Positions 29,291 to 43,458 of a DNA stretch of 64,000 bases are shown in pieces (the stretch's first letter is position 1; every line of letters starts with the position of its first letter). The position numbers and the translations under genes are program-made. The DNA comes from Chrysomallon squamiferum. Lineage: Eukaryota; Animalia; Mollusca. Where the stretch lies: NCBI GenBank assembly GCA_012295275.1, contig CM022669.1, positions 13,578,001 to 13,642,000 of the forward strand. The letters run 5' to 3'. The notes beneath the pieces are model-generated. The model made no database searches, was not told the origin of the DNA, and was given only the letters and a program-made list of their open reading frames with translations.

Positions 29291-30339
29291 GTATGTATAT
29301 AGATAGATAGATAGATAAAAGGTGCATCATGAGAAAATGAACCAAAACATGTTGAGTGCTTTCTCAAATAATGTTTTTCCTTTCTTTCTTCCCAAGACTC
29401 ATACATTTCATGAGAAGAAGAAGAAGAAGAAGAAGAAGAAGAAGAAGAAAAAAGTCACTAGAAACTAATATTATAAAACATGAATTTGAAAACACGATGA
29501 CCGTGAAAGATTTCAAAACGACCTTAAATCACGACAAGACAGAATTCAGCGATCTTTTTCTATTTTGGACGAAATTTTTTTCGAAACTGACGCTGACGCG
29601 TCTGGTCCTGGAAATTCCCAAATGAAAAATATCGATTAGAATCGATCTCCCCTACCACCCCACAAGAACAATCTCAAATTGATTTTTGTATTTATTAAAA
29701 ATGCAGTCTTGGGCGATTATTAGTGATTTATGGATCTTCGTTCACTATGGCAAGTGTCACATGATTTTAATTTATTGAAATTAAATTAGGGGTAATGGCT
29801 GTTGTTGTTGTTGTTGTAGTACTAGTCTGACTTTTTAATATTTTTTTTCAATTTCCATCGTATATCACACGCTCTGCTTTGAAAAATGAATGTGGCTTTC
29901 ATTCAGTGTCGCGAAATTAGTTGTACCGAAATGTTCAAGACATCTTTTTTTTTTGTTTTTGATTCAGTTGTATGTATAACCATCTACGTGTGTAGTACGT
30001 GCAGTAAGGTGTATTAGTGCAGGTGTGTATATATATGTGTATGTACATGTCTGTGCATGTGTGTGTGAGTGTCTGTGTGTGTGTATATAACTTTTTAGAA
30101 AGTATAACGTATTGTAACAATTCATACAAATGCACTACTAAAAAGCATACATTTCTAAATCTGTTTCGAAAACTATTTAGAAGGTATCCTTTCTCAAAAT
30201 CTGTTAAAAAAAAGAACATTAAAAAAGAACAAACACCCCTCTCCCAGAAATTCTCGGAAAACATAAAACGTTTGAAAGCATTTTAAAACATTTCTGTACC
30301 TTTTGTAGAATTAATTCATCATAAGTATGTATATGTATA

Positions 30340-30389
<50 letters not shown>

Positions 30390-30816
30390 ACTGTAATACA
30401 GACCAATAAAACAATCTACAATGAACTAAACTCATTAGTTGGATATAAACCTCCCAGAAATTTATCAGTAAATGCATTTCATCTGTTCGTAAAATAATAC
30501 CATGTGAATTTTTTTTGTTGTTGCTCTGATGTTTTTGTGTTGATTATTGCTTATTTATTCCTCGTTTCTGAATGAAAAAAAAAAAATAAAATAAAATAAA
30601 AAATAAAATAAAATAAAAATAACCGGCCACTTTGTGGCAACTGTCGAATGTGTACATCTAGACCATGTGATCTTTAACTGAACTCAGGCCGTAGTCTACT
30701 GTATATAATTATAACAAAACGCATCATTAAACCATGTAATAAAAACTATATCACGTGCATCATTAAATAAGGTTATCATTTTTCCTGGTTTTTTTTTTTT
30801 TTTTTTTTTTTGTTGC

Positions 30817-30871
<55 letters not shown>

Positions 30872-31771
30872 GTTATTATTATTATTATTTATTTTTTTAT
30901 TTTTTTATTTTTGTTGTTGTTGCTGTTGTTGTTTCTTTTGTTGTTTTACGGACATTTTGTATTTGTTTGATTCTTTGTTAGTTTTTTCACTTTCATTATT
31001 TATTCTTTTTATAACTTCTTTAACTTCGTCGTTTCGTATGTCGATCTTTTCTAAATCACTGCAGAAAGAAATATCAAGAAGAACATTTAATTTTTAATTT
31101 TTATATAATTTTTTTAAAATTTTTATTTATTTATTTTTTCCCACATAAATATTTCAACGTGCACTCAGATTCATGCTGGGAAACTTTTCATGCAAAGTGC
31201 TCTACCTCTTACTTTACGATCACTGAGGCCTCGTACCTATGGTAAAACATTTAAAACTGCACTTGAATACCACTTATTTCACTTCATAATGTGGTTATTT
31301 TATTTTGCGAATGATTAACAATCGAACATTTTAGAAGAGAGATTCCAACAGTTAAAAAAAACAGACACACACACACACACACAAAGGTATGATTTAGTTT
31401 GAAATTAAAAATGATTTATTTTTTTTATTTTTTTTTATCTTTTTTTTTAACAGAAATGAAGGAAGAATGTATTTATTATTCAAATGGTGCATAATATTTT
31501 TTCTTTCTCTCGTATTAACAAAAATTCACTAGAAATTCAAGATAGAAAGTTAATAGAATTTTTAAATTTAAAAAATATATCGCTAAAAAAATGTATATTA
31601 ATTTGTTCTAAGGAAAGTTAATATTTAAGCATTTTCTAAGGAGAACTGGAGAGAATAGTGTCTTTTAAAATATCTGTTGTAACGTGTTTTTTGTGTGCTG
31701 TTGTCTGTGTTAAAAGTAAATCTGAAAGTGAAGATGTTTCTCAAGTAATGATTAAGATTTCTTAGCCATGT

Positions 31772-31996
<225 letters not shown>

Positions 31997-34006
31997 ATTT
32001 TTTAAATATATATAGATTTTAAATATATATGTTAGTACGCATTACATAGACCCAGGGAGTAATGAAAGTTCTGATAATAGACTTTACACTGATTACATCA
32101 GTGTTATCAGACTGTTCAGAGTAATAACGTTTATCTCCAAGTTTTATCACAGCTTATACACTCAAGTGTTTCACTTCTATTTTTGAACTTACAGCGTATG
32201 GCCCATTAGCATTCGAAAAAAAAAATATTAAAAAGAATGAGAAAAATTATATATAAAAATAAATAAATAAGTAAGTAAGTAAGTAAGTAATTAAGTAAGT
32301 GAGTAAGTAACTAAAATAAATAAATAAGTAAATAAGTAAGTAAGTGATTGAATGAATATATATATAAATAAATAAATAATTAAATAATAACTAAATAAAT
32401 AAATAAAAATATAAATTAATAAATAAATAAGCAAAACAAAAGTAAATTAACAAAAAAAAAAAAAATCCCCACCGAAGAACAAATAATAACATTAATCACA
32501 TATAACGTTGCAAAATATATAACTAAAACAAAACTCAATAAAAAAACCCCTCTTTTTACTTGGAGTATCTAACAAACTCTCGAACACGAAGTAAAATTCA
32601 TCTCACGAAGGTCTGCTTAAAAATAAATTAATTAGTGACTTTAAAACGATATCAAACGAGGTAGAGTTTGATGGCTTCTTCAGACTCCAATAACATTACA
32701 ATCGAGATGCGGTCAGTAATATTTCTTTTTTTTTTTCTTGCTTTTTTTATTTGGCACTCGACTCATTGACCCCGATTTCTCAAACTAAATGACCTTAGAA
32801 CAAAAATAAAGTACTGGGCTATCGATTTGTAATTAATAACCTCGAAGAAAACGAAAAGTGCCACTATAAGCCAGGAAAGCTATAATTAACGATTCTGTTT
32901 GAATAAATAAAGAAACATTTATATACATCTGGGTTCGGCTGATGTATTGTTATGTTTTTTTACTTTTTCTTTTGTCTTGACTTTTGTTTGATTCATTTAT
33001 TTGGATTTGTGATAGAAATGCATTATTTCTAAAAAAAAAAAAAAGCTTATTCTTTATCTCTGGACAAAAGTATTGACTGATTTTAGAACTGAAATGTATG
33101 GTATCTATTAACAGACTGATTCAGATGAATAGAAAGAGCGATAGATGCAAAGACAGACAGACAGACAACTAGAGATAGGTAGCTAAGTAGATAGAACAAT
33201 AGATGTACAGACCGAGAGCTAGGTAAACAGACATAGAGACAGGCAGTCATGCACAGACGACAGACAGACAGACAGACGGATAGACATACGCACAGACAGA
33301 CAGACAGACAGACATATATATAGATAGATACACAGACTGACATGCATACAGACAGATAAATAAATAGAAAGATGTAGGGGTTCCATGGTACTGAAGAAAA
33401 TTATTTCAAAGACTATTTTAACGAATATAATCAAGATATTCACTGCTTAAAGGAACAAAATCATAAAGACTGAATATTTGTTAAACCTTTTTCATAATTT
33501 AAAGTTTGCTCTACATGCTAAATCATCATTATTGTCAACCTAATGCGAATGTGTAATTCTATACTGAGTCGCTGGTGCTGAATGCCTCGTTATTACGTTT
33601 CGTCTTACATTGGTGACAATAGTCGATCTCCTTCAGGTGTTTCAGTAATGTCAAACGTCTTACGTGATATAATATATTCTCGTCTTTTGTCGGAATAGAA
33701 CGAAAACAGCCGAAATATTAACCGATATTCAACTGGGGATTTTCTTTCTATGTAAACTTACGTTTTCAGTAGACGGTCAAGGTTAAGCTCGTTAATATCG
33801 CTTAACTGAATAAGCAATCGTTCTGACCCATAAACCAGTCACCCAATAAAACACAGTATATTTTACTCCCTTTAAGACAAAGCGTACGTCAATTACGCAT
33901 TTCGTGCCCTGTATTCTGATCCGCACCTTTGCCTACCTAACGTCTCTACAGCAAACGGCTGCAAAAACACTAGGGCGTTCAGTCTCTCTTCTCTTCGATC
34001 ACTTAC

Positions 34007-34082
34007 ACGCGCAAACAAATTGCTCTTTTTGTCGCCTGGCTCCGGCGAATTGATTGGCAAATCTCTTGGCAGTTCACGACTT
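34007..34082 (-). CDS. candidate 76-nt exon, (T)SRELPRDLPINSPEPGDKKSNLFAR
   Basis: Minus strand ttcttaattccag|...gcgcgt|gtaagtg in a CpG-rich island; phase 2 to 0 fits the neighbouring candidates. Could instead be the end of a first exon. Confidence 0.25.
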
Positions 34083-34257
34083 CTGGAATTAAGAACTGTT
34101 TTTCGCCTCGCTCTTTAAGTACTCGTTCGTGACACTGAGTTTGTTCTTGGTGCGAAGAAGCAACGGGGAAAGAGTCGTATTAATTAGAGAGATGACCTGA
34201 TCTTGATAAAAGAAATCAGTGGATTTTCACCACAGAATACATGACTCTGATTATAAA

Positions 34258-34315
<58 letters not shown>

Positions 34316-34931
34316 GATAGATGGATAGATAGATAGATGGATAGATGGATAGATGGATAGATGGATAGATAGATAGATGGATAGATAGATAGATGGATAA
34401 ATGAATGAATAAATTATTTCAAAAAAAAAAACATTTAATAATAATTCAGTTAATAAATAGAATCACTTAAATAAATAAATAATTATAAACAAACAAATAA
34501 CAACAACAACAGTAACAGCAACACCAACAGCAACAGCAACAACAGCAGTCAGCCAATCAACCTGACTTCAAACGGCTTGGTATTTATTTATTTATTTATT
34601 CGTTCGTTCGTTCGTTTGTTTGTTTGTTTGTTTGTCTTTATGGATGGAAGCATAAATAAGAGATATGTCTTGTTTATGAATATTTACAGTTTCCACAACG
34701 TTGTGCTAGGAATAAATTGTTTTCCAGACATACACCATTTCACCTCTTCATTATCAAAATTTGGTCTGCGAAATAAATTGAATACAGTCAGCTCTAGCTG
34801 TGTATCTGACGATTACAATCTCCAGAAGAAAAGAGTTCTGTTCAGAAAGATAACTCCGCTTTGAAGCGAGGCTATGTTTTAACGGATCTGCTAAAACGTT
34901 TTCGTATTCTAGTAGTCATTAAGCATTATCT

Positions 34932-35200
34932 TTTCTCCGAATTATTAGATTCTAAATACAGAAACTGCGCAATATATTTATAACAGTACTGATAGCGGTT
35001 GTAGTAATAATAGTAGTAGTAGTAATAGCAACAGCTAGCAGTAGTAGTATTGGTAGTAGTAGAAGTGGTTCTAGTATTTGTTAAATATTGTCGTTTCTCC
35101 GAATTATTAGAGTCTAAACACAGAACGTGCGCAAGGTATTTATAACAGTGATATTAGTGATAGTAGCTGTACTATTAGTAGTAGTAATATTGATATAAGT
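34932..35200 (+). repeat. ~162-bp diverged tandem duplication leading into (AGT)n
   Basis: tttctccgaattattaga.tctaaa.acagaa...tgcgcaa..tatttataacagt at 34932 and 35094. Confidence 0.88.
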
Positions 35201-35720
35201 GATAGTAGTAATACTATGTAGAAATAGTTATAGTGATATTACCAGTATAAGAAATAATAAGAGATGTAGCAGAAGTTGTGATAGTAGTAGTAGTAATAAT
35301 TGTTGTTATATATGTAATACTAGCAGTAGCAGTGGTGGTGGTAGAAGTTGTTGTTGCTGCCGTAGATGTAGTAATAATATAAAGGGCAGCAGTAGAAGCA
35401 GCAATTTTAATGGTGGTGATGTCGGCAGTCGAAAAGGTCTTATATTTTGAAAAATGAAATTTTTATAAGCGAGAAAGAATATTTATTGAGAGTGAGCATA
35501 TTTGTATTTCAGTTAATCTGAACATTGATAAATCAACATAAGTAACTTGCATGCTGATTAAAATACATAAACATTATATGTTAAAGAAAGACACTAACAT
35601 TTCTGACAGGCTATCATATATTTATATTTTATTTTTCAGTTTTAGTACGTAAAAGAAATTTGGAAGATTTGTGTTTTGTAAATTTGTGCGATGAAAATAT
35701 GTGTAAGTGAAATGAGTGTG

Positions 35721-35778
<58 letters not shown>

Positions 35779-35899
35779 AAGTGTGTGTATACACGAGGGA
35801 GTGACGGCGAGCGTATATGTGTGCATATCTTCATGGATATATGTTTGAATGAATGTGGTCTATTGGCTGCAAAAGATTGATATATAATCATTCTTGTTA

Positions 35900-35965
35900 T
35901 GGGTGAAAGTATAGACTACTGTCTTTGATACAGTAACAGGTAATGGGTGGAACGGGATATTAGGT
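35900..35965 (-). mobile_element. SINE central-domain fragment (same family as 28.7 and 59.0 kb)
   Basis: Minus strand taatatcccgttccacccattacctgttactgtatcaaagacagtagtctatact shares atcccgttcca.cca with 28809 and tatcaaag.c with 59044. Confidence 0.5.
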
Positions 35966-36230
35966 TCGTGTATAAAAGAAAAGCTAATTGAGGAAACGTA
36001 TTCTGAATTGTTAACATGCTGCAGTCTTGTGTTTCGTTGAACAGTATTACAGAAAATCTTTTGCTTTATTCATCTTTCTTTTTAAAACACGTTTTTTATC
36101 ATATTTTTTTATTTATTTCTTTGACGTATCACCGGATTGCTTAATGTGTTTGTTTTTTTCGTATTATCATCAATCCACTCGTGTTTAAAGATGACTGTCA
36201 CAAGCTTTCGTGCCCATGTCCCATATAACA

Positions 36231-36279
<49 letters not shown>

Positions 36280-36604
36280 GAGACAAAAACTGTTAACGGT
36301 AGGTTCTTTTTTTATGATTTCGACATAATGTATTTCAAGTATTAAAAGGAATCAGTTTAAATTGTCCACGGTTAATAGCTTTCCATTATGGCTCTATTCT
36401 GATGGCATGAAGTATTGCAGTGTTTAATGGAATTCTAAAATCCTAATCCTGGCAGTTTGTGGGCTGATTAGAAACAGATGTCACACTTACGTCAGGTTTA
36501 TTAGTAGGCGTGAAAAATATCAACAACAACAAAAAAAGAAAGATATAAAACTCTCACTCGATTTCATGGCTGTCACAATTAACATTTACATCTGGTCTTT
36601 CATG

Positions 36605-37132
36605 AAGTGTTTGGGTTTAGAGTTACGTCTATACGTAAGTGTTTAGATTTAGTGTTACGTCTATACGTAAGTGTTTAGATTTAGTGTTACGTCTATACGT
36701 AAGTGTTTAGATTTAGTCTTACGTCTATACGTAAGTGTTTGGGTTTAGAGTTACGTCTATACGTAAGTGTTTAGATTTAGTGTTACGTCTATACGTAAGT
36801 GTTTAGATACAGAGTGAGATCTAGACTTAAGTATTTACATTTAGTGTTACGTCTATACGTAAGTGTTTAGATGTAGTGTTACGTCTATACGTAAGCGTTT
36901 AGACGTGACATCTAGACTTAAGTATTTAGATTTAGTGTTACGTCTATACGTAAGTGTTTAGATTTAGTGTTACATCTATGCGCAGTTGTTTAGATTTCGT
37001 GTCACATCAATACGCAAGAGTTTAGATTTAGAGTGACATCTATACGTAAGTATTTAGATTTAATTAATATTCACAAGTTTTTAAATTTAATATTACATCT
37101 ATACGCCAGTGTTTAGATTAAATATTATCTGT
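36605..37132. repeat. 32-bp minisatellite, ~17 copies, with an internal palindrome
   Basis: Unit aagtgtttagatttagtgttacgtctatacgt starts at 36605, 36637, 36669, 36701, 36733, 36765 and onward; decays toward the 3' end; no spacers. Confidence 0.96.
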
Positions 37133-37649
37133 GTCTTGAAGAGTTTCCCGTTCCAGCATACGCTAAGGATTATGTTATTCATATAACAGTGTTCTGTACT
37201 TTTTCCCGTTCACGCAACTGCTCGGAATTAGTCTTATCTCTGTACTAGCATATTATTTCCTGTTCTGAACCGAATGACACTTCCATATTAACAGTGCCTT
37301 TACCTGCATTAAAAATCGCCCTTCGTTGAAAACGGTGCCGTAATCAAACTAGTCTAACTATTTCTGGGTAATGTCATGCATATCTTTTTTTTTTTTTTTT
37401 AATGGAAGCAATACAGAAAATACCAACCCATAACTTGATCACCTCGAAGCCTTTGCTAATCACCTTCTTTGTCTTCAGTTACGATTAAACGAATTAGTCA
37501 TCTCGGATGCTTTTAGAGGGTTCAACGTAAGGTTAATCCGAGAAACCGCAGATTTGAAATCGCGGACGGTAATTGGACAAGACGGGTGCTCGAGTGGGTT
37601 TTCTCTCGAAACTCGCTCGTGAAAAAAAAAAAACTTTTTTTTGTCTCAC

Positions 37650-37753
37650 GTACACGTGAAAGTCTCTGACGTTAACACCGTCGCGAGGACGTTACGCGGC
37701 AAGATTAGCGTCACAGCTGTTTGTTCAGAACGAGACTCGGGATCGTTTTCGTC
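37650..37753 (-). CDS. candidate 104-nt exon, DENDPESRSEQTAVTLILPRNVLATVLTSETFTC(T)
   Basis: Strong acceptor tttatttgtttccag| and donor tac|gtgaga; only frame 0 is open; CpG-rich island. No homology recognised. Confidence 0.3.
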
Positions 37754-38066
37754 CTGGAAACAAATAAATAACATTCCGCATCTCGGAAAGTGAGAATGTA
37801 ACAGCTTTTTCGTTTTACCTCCAGTTCGTCGTCGCTCGTTCAATACGCTGCTGAAAAATGGAAAAACTGATAATCCGCAGTCGTGCATTGTCGCGTTGAC
37901 TGCTCGACAAATTATGTTAATAACACGCACAAAGAAAACAGCCACACATATCTGATTTCTTGATGACCGAGTTTCGTATTTCGATATGACCTCATTCTGC
38001 TTATTTATTGCTGTCATAATTATGTATTCACTGCAGATTAAATGCAAATTATAATCACAAACGTTT

Positions 38067-38681
38067 GACAAAGTGGTAAAACTTAATCGTTTCTTTTAAT
38101 TCCTCGTTTGGTTCTGATGCATTCAGTATGTTGTTTTGATTTTAGTTTCTTTAGCTGTTATATTTCATTAGTGTGTCATCTTATAATTATTTTCTTAGTA
38201 TTCATCTATCCACTTGCTTGTGTAGACATGTCTGCGTATGCGTTTAGACAGCTCGATAGAAAAATAGACAGACAGAAAAATAGAGAGAGACAGATAGATG
38301 GATAGGTAGATAGATAGATAGATAGATAGATACACAGAGACAGACAGACAGAAGATAGACAATCAGACAGACAGACAGACAGATAGATAGATAGACATAC
38401 AGATATGCAACAGACAGATAGATAGTCAGACAGACAGATAGATAGATAGACATACAGATATGCAACAGACAGATAGATAGACAGACAGATAGATAGATAG
38501 ACATACAGATATGCAACAGACAGATAGATAGTCAGACAGACAGATAGATAGATAGACATACAGATATGCAACAGACAGATAGATAGATAGACAGACAGAC
38601 ATGCAACAGACAGATAGATAGATAGACTTACAGATATGCAACAGACAGATAGATAGTCAGACAGACAGACAAAGTGGTAAA
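38067..38681 (+). mobile_element. ~590-bp insertion candidate bounded by a 14-bp direct repeat, ending in a GATA/GACA minisatellite
   Basis: gacaaagtggtaaa is identical at 38067-38080 and 38668-38681. The 3' half repeats gacatacagatatgcaacagacagatagatag at a ~45-56-bp period. Confidence 0.45.
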
Positions 38682-39058
38682 CACAAGCCATTACGTTGGA
38701 CTCTGCGACAATTATGACGTCGGTCCTAAGAGTACGTATGATGTCGTAAGTTCGACATGTCGTCGAGGCTGCTGCTGTCTTCGTTTAAGCGGATAGGAAT
38801 TAGTAGCTGTAGACCAAAGTGATGTGTGTGATACGCAGGATCGCCACGAGCAAGGCAAATCCCTTCTAACTATTGTCACACCGCAAAGACATCGGGGCCT
38901 CTGTTTTCACGATTATCTTGATAAATTGACGCTAATAAGATTGCAGCGAGGCGTTTTTCTTCTCGATAATAGCATCACTGCAGCGTGACTTAAACCCGTT
39001 CTGTTTGTTAAGTTTGTTAAGCCGAGATGGTTAACCGAGTTAGGTTTGGCATCCACGA

Positions 39059-39346
<288 letters not shown>

Positions 39347-39734
39347 AACGTAAATAATTATTAATAATAATGTCTTGCTATCTAATGTGCACTAAGTGAT
39401 GGATAATTTTAACCTGATGACTTACTTATCATAGAAAATAATTAAGTACAAAACTTTTCCTCTGGGAGTTTCGTGTTCTCACAAAAAGTAAATTATTAAT
39501 AATTTTGGTTTCAGTTGCAAAATGTTATGAATGGAAATACAAAAAAACAACAAAAAAACTTTCGGTGCCAACAGGTGAGGAGTACCAGAGGCTAGCAACT
39601 GCCTCTGTTTTATTTGTTTAGCGTTTTAAAATAACTTTTCAAATTAATAAAATATTATACGTAACAGGTTTTTAATATTGTTGGTTTTTTATGTAAATGT
39701 TTCTACTGTGCTAATGGCAATGTTATCTAGAAGC

Positions 39735-39918
<184 letters not shown>

Positions 39919-41235
39919 TGTCGCATTACTTGAATGGAAAAAGAAAGGTTTATCTGACCTTACTAAGTACAGCTGTAACAGTCTTACACAAAAAATATAC
40001 GAGATATAAATCATTCGTTTTGGATATGATTCAGAAATTTATTTAAATTACGTAACGAAAAATTATGGAAACAATCTTTGTATTCAACAGACATGTTTTT
40101 TTTTAATTCAGTTTAACTTAATGACATGAACATTTTTTTTTTTTTTTAGATTTTTCAAAGTGTTTTTTTACAGTAAATGTGTTTTTCAAAGGTGTTGTTA
40201 ACAGGAGAAAGTTACAGATGACTCATTAGATTAGTATTTACTTAAATTTAAAATTTACCATTATATATTTTATTTTATTTTATTTTATTTATTTATCCAA
40301 GCATTTATTATTAATTCATTTATTTATCAGTCTAGTTAGCTATGTCTCTGTCTGTCTTACTATCTGTTTATCTGTCTATCTATGTATCTGTCAATCCACA
40401 TATCTACCTATCTATCTATCTGTCTGTCTGTCTATACGACTGTCTGGCTTTCTGTCCATTTCTTTCTATCTATCTAATGATTTATTTATATTTTGTTAGT
40501 TAATTTGTTTGGAAATTTATTTATATATTTGCTTAGAAACACGTAAAAATCTTTAACCTACTGTCTTTTCTAGCTCATTAATCATTAAGCCCTGCGCATT
40601 ACTGTTCACTTAGCAAAACCGAATACGCGTATAGAGGCAGCGGAGACTATATAATCACGTTGTTTTAACCATTTATGTCATTTATTTTACGCTATTCATT
40701 TTTCACGACGATACGAAACTATTGATACCGATGTCCCAAATAAACAACAAATTCCTGCGCACACCAGAACGTGTTGAATCCTTGTTTGACGCGTTACTCG
40801 ATGACGTTTAGAACAATGAACACTCGCGTCATCTCTAAATTTCAGCATACATTAGCAACGGAGTGGATAATAAATATGCAAACACATACGCAACAAGCTG
40901 AAGCGTGTGACATGTACAACAGAACACAGGAAACAAAAGAATGATTAACAGCAGAAAGAAGTCGACTGATTTTGAATGTCTGAGGCTTTAGTTTACCCCA
41001 CGCGTTGACTGTTTTTGTATGTATAGTGTATCTCAGACAGTGCTTTTGTATTTGTCTCGATTGCTTTGTGTCATTGTGGATTCTGCTTATTGTTTTACGT
41101 ATGTATATGTATTTTAGGATTTTGAATATTCTCTGTCTTATTTACGTCTGAATAGACTCTGCACATAGGCAATATTCGAGAACGCACTGGCGCAGGAGGA
41201 CAAAGTCCAATCACGACGTCACAAACGACGTCAGA

Positions 41236-41317
41236 TGCCGCTGACGAGACTCGAACGTATGGTACCCATTCGCGCGCTCTCCGAAGGCGGACAACCTTAT
41301 CGTTCGGCCATCAAGAC
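41236..41317 (-). mobile_element. tRNA-derived head (SINE or tRNA pseudogene) with Pol III A and B boxes
   Basis: Minus strand GTCTTGA-TGGCCGAACGAT-AAGGTTGTCCGCCTTCGGAGAGCGCGCGAATGGGTACCATAC-GTTCGAGTC-TCGTCAGCGGCA. A-box-like element at tRNA position 8, B box GTTCRANNC, bulged acceptor stem, unpaired T-stem. Confidence 0.65.
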
Positions 41318-42692
41318 AAGCTTTTTAAAGGTTACTCAATAACCGAAGGTAATCATCGTTTCCTACGAAGCACGCCGTTCTTTTTGTCTTACGTCATTTT
41401 TGCGTGCATCTATTTTTTTATGGGAAACCTGGCACAGGCAAATATGTACTTAGGATTTGAATATTCTCTGAATTATGTACATCTGATTAGACTTTGTATA
41501 TATGTCTGTGTATATATATAGGTATGTATGTATGTATGTGCGTATGTATATATATATATGTCGGTTTATTTGTGTATGTATGTATGTATGTATGTATTTC
41601 GTTTAGGGCGAGGAATTCCCGACACGAACCTATTTTAGGCCAAAATTTATATAATTACTGCATCAATCCATTTAGATTGATTTATTTTATTAAAAGATGA
41701 TAATTATTTATCTTTACCCAAAATATTATCATTTTATTTATTTTATTTACTTTTTAAAAATGTTTTAATAGTGTCTACAATATACCGTTTTATTCATTAG
41801 AAGTTCGTTTCGTAGAAATACTTGTTAGCTTAGTACTTTTGGCCTTAAAGAGACAATTTGGGGGATTTCTAAGCACGGGTCTGGTATGATTAATTTACCG
41901 TAGTCTCTATAAAACTAGATTCAACCCATGCATGGCTGCCTTGTAGTCTCTGAGCGAAAGCTGGATCTGTTTTTCATCTGTTTCGCTAGGACAACGAACT
42001 TTACAGATTTCCTTACAACATCCAAAACTGGACACTGAATAGGAGGTTAAATATTTAGGATTATTTCGATTAACCATCATCAAAGTAAAGCAGAAGCCTT
42101 TGAAAAATATTCATGTCGATTTAATCCGCTGAATACACAGAATGTGACAACTGCTGACTAATAAAACTTTTTTTTTTTTTCCATTTATGCGCCTGCTTGT
42201 TCACGTTCGCTTGATCGGAAACTTGATTCAGAAAGCTGCCGCGCCTCGCATGATGTCGCAACAATGTCGTATCGTAGTCTCAACGTTGTAAACGATATTT
42301 GCAAAAATACTGCAATTTTATGATAACGAGGCGCAAAGGGCTTGAAACCGAGAAGTATGGAGATGCAATAAGTCACTGGCAATATTATTTTGATAGACGT
42401 GTTACTAAAAAATCGAAGATTTCTTTAAATGCAAATTAAGAAGAAAAAAAAAAAAAAATAAAAAAATAAAAATAAAAATTATAATAAATAAAAATTGTAA
42501 GCTTACCCATTTAAAACATCATTTTTAAATTAAAAACCAGTACGGTGTAACTTTATCTGTTCTCAGTGCATGGCGGATCAATTTGCATAATTTAAAGTTT
42601 GTTGGCAGAAAATTAACAGCTACGAGTTCGCTCCCTTGCGACGCGCTAAAATGGCGGCGTTGAACATTCTTTTTTTTCTTTTCTTTTTTCAC

Positions 42693-42737
<45 letters not shown>

Positions 42738-43179
42738 CTTTGATACGAGCAGTAATCTGTCTACTAAAACAGTAAAATAAAAACGTGGAAATACAGAGAA
42801 TTTCACTGGAGCATTTGTACGCTATCAGCCCAAGTAAGCAATATCGCAATATTCTCGTAAATTTCCTCTTAGCGAGTTGCCGTATACTTAATTTACGAGT
42901 CTTTCGCGAATTACGACTCAGATCTCGTCCTCGGTCGATTCTCAGTGCAGATGGAGAAAACTGGATTTGTAAAGATACCCATTCGTGTGTGAATTAATAG
43001 AGACATTTATTTCAGCATACACACAGCATATTACTTGGAAATAGATTCGGCAAAGTTTTTTTTTTGTTTGTACAAGCTGTTAAGAAATATGTCTGACTAG
43101 ACCTCTTGATTCAGGCTGCCAGAGGTCAGTGGGTCATATGGGTTAATGACTTTAGATATCTTTTATTTTCTACATGCAT

Positions 43180-43425
43180 GCATATACACAAACACACAAA
43201 CACACACTCACACATACACATACATACATACATCCATACATACAAACACATATTATACATACATACATACATACATACATACATACATACATACATACAT
43301 ACATAATATATACATACACAAACATACATACACTCACATACATACAAATATATATATATATATGTACATACGTACGCACATAATACTTACACATATATAT
43401 ACACACATATATACATACATATAGA

Positions 43426-43455
<30 letters not shown>
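43180..43455. repeat. (CATA)/(CA)n block
   Basis: Seen directly. Confidence 0.92.

Positions 43456-43458
<3 letters not shown>

Noticed and set aside
36605-37132. CRISPR-like array (32-bp palindromic repeat)
   Set aside because: Units are head-to-tail with no unique spacers, there are no cas genes, and the context is eukaryotic.
41236-41317. Functional tRNA gene
   Set aside because: The T-stem does not pair, the D-loop GG is lost and there is no clean anticodon arm; kept only as a SINE head or pseudogene.
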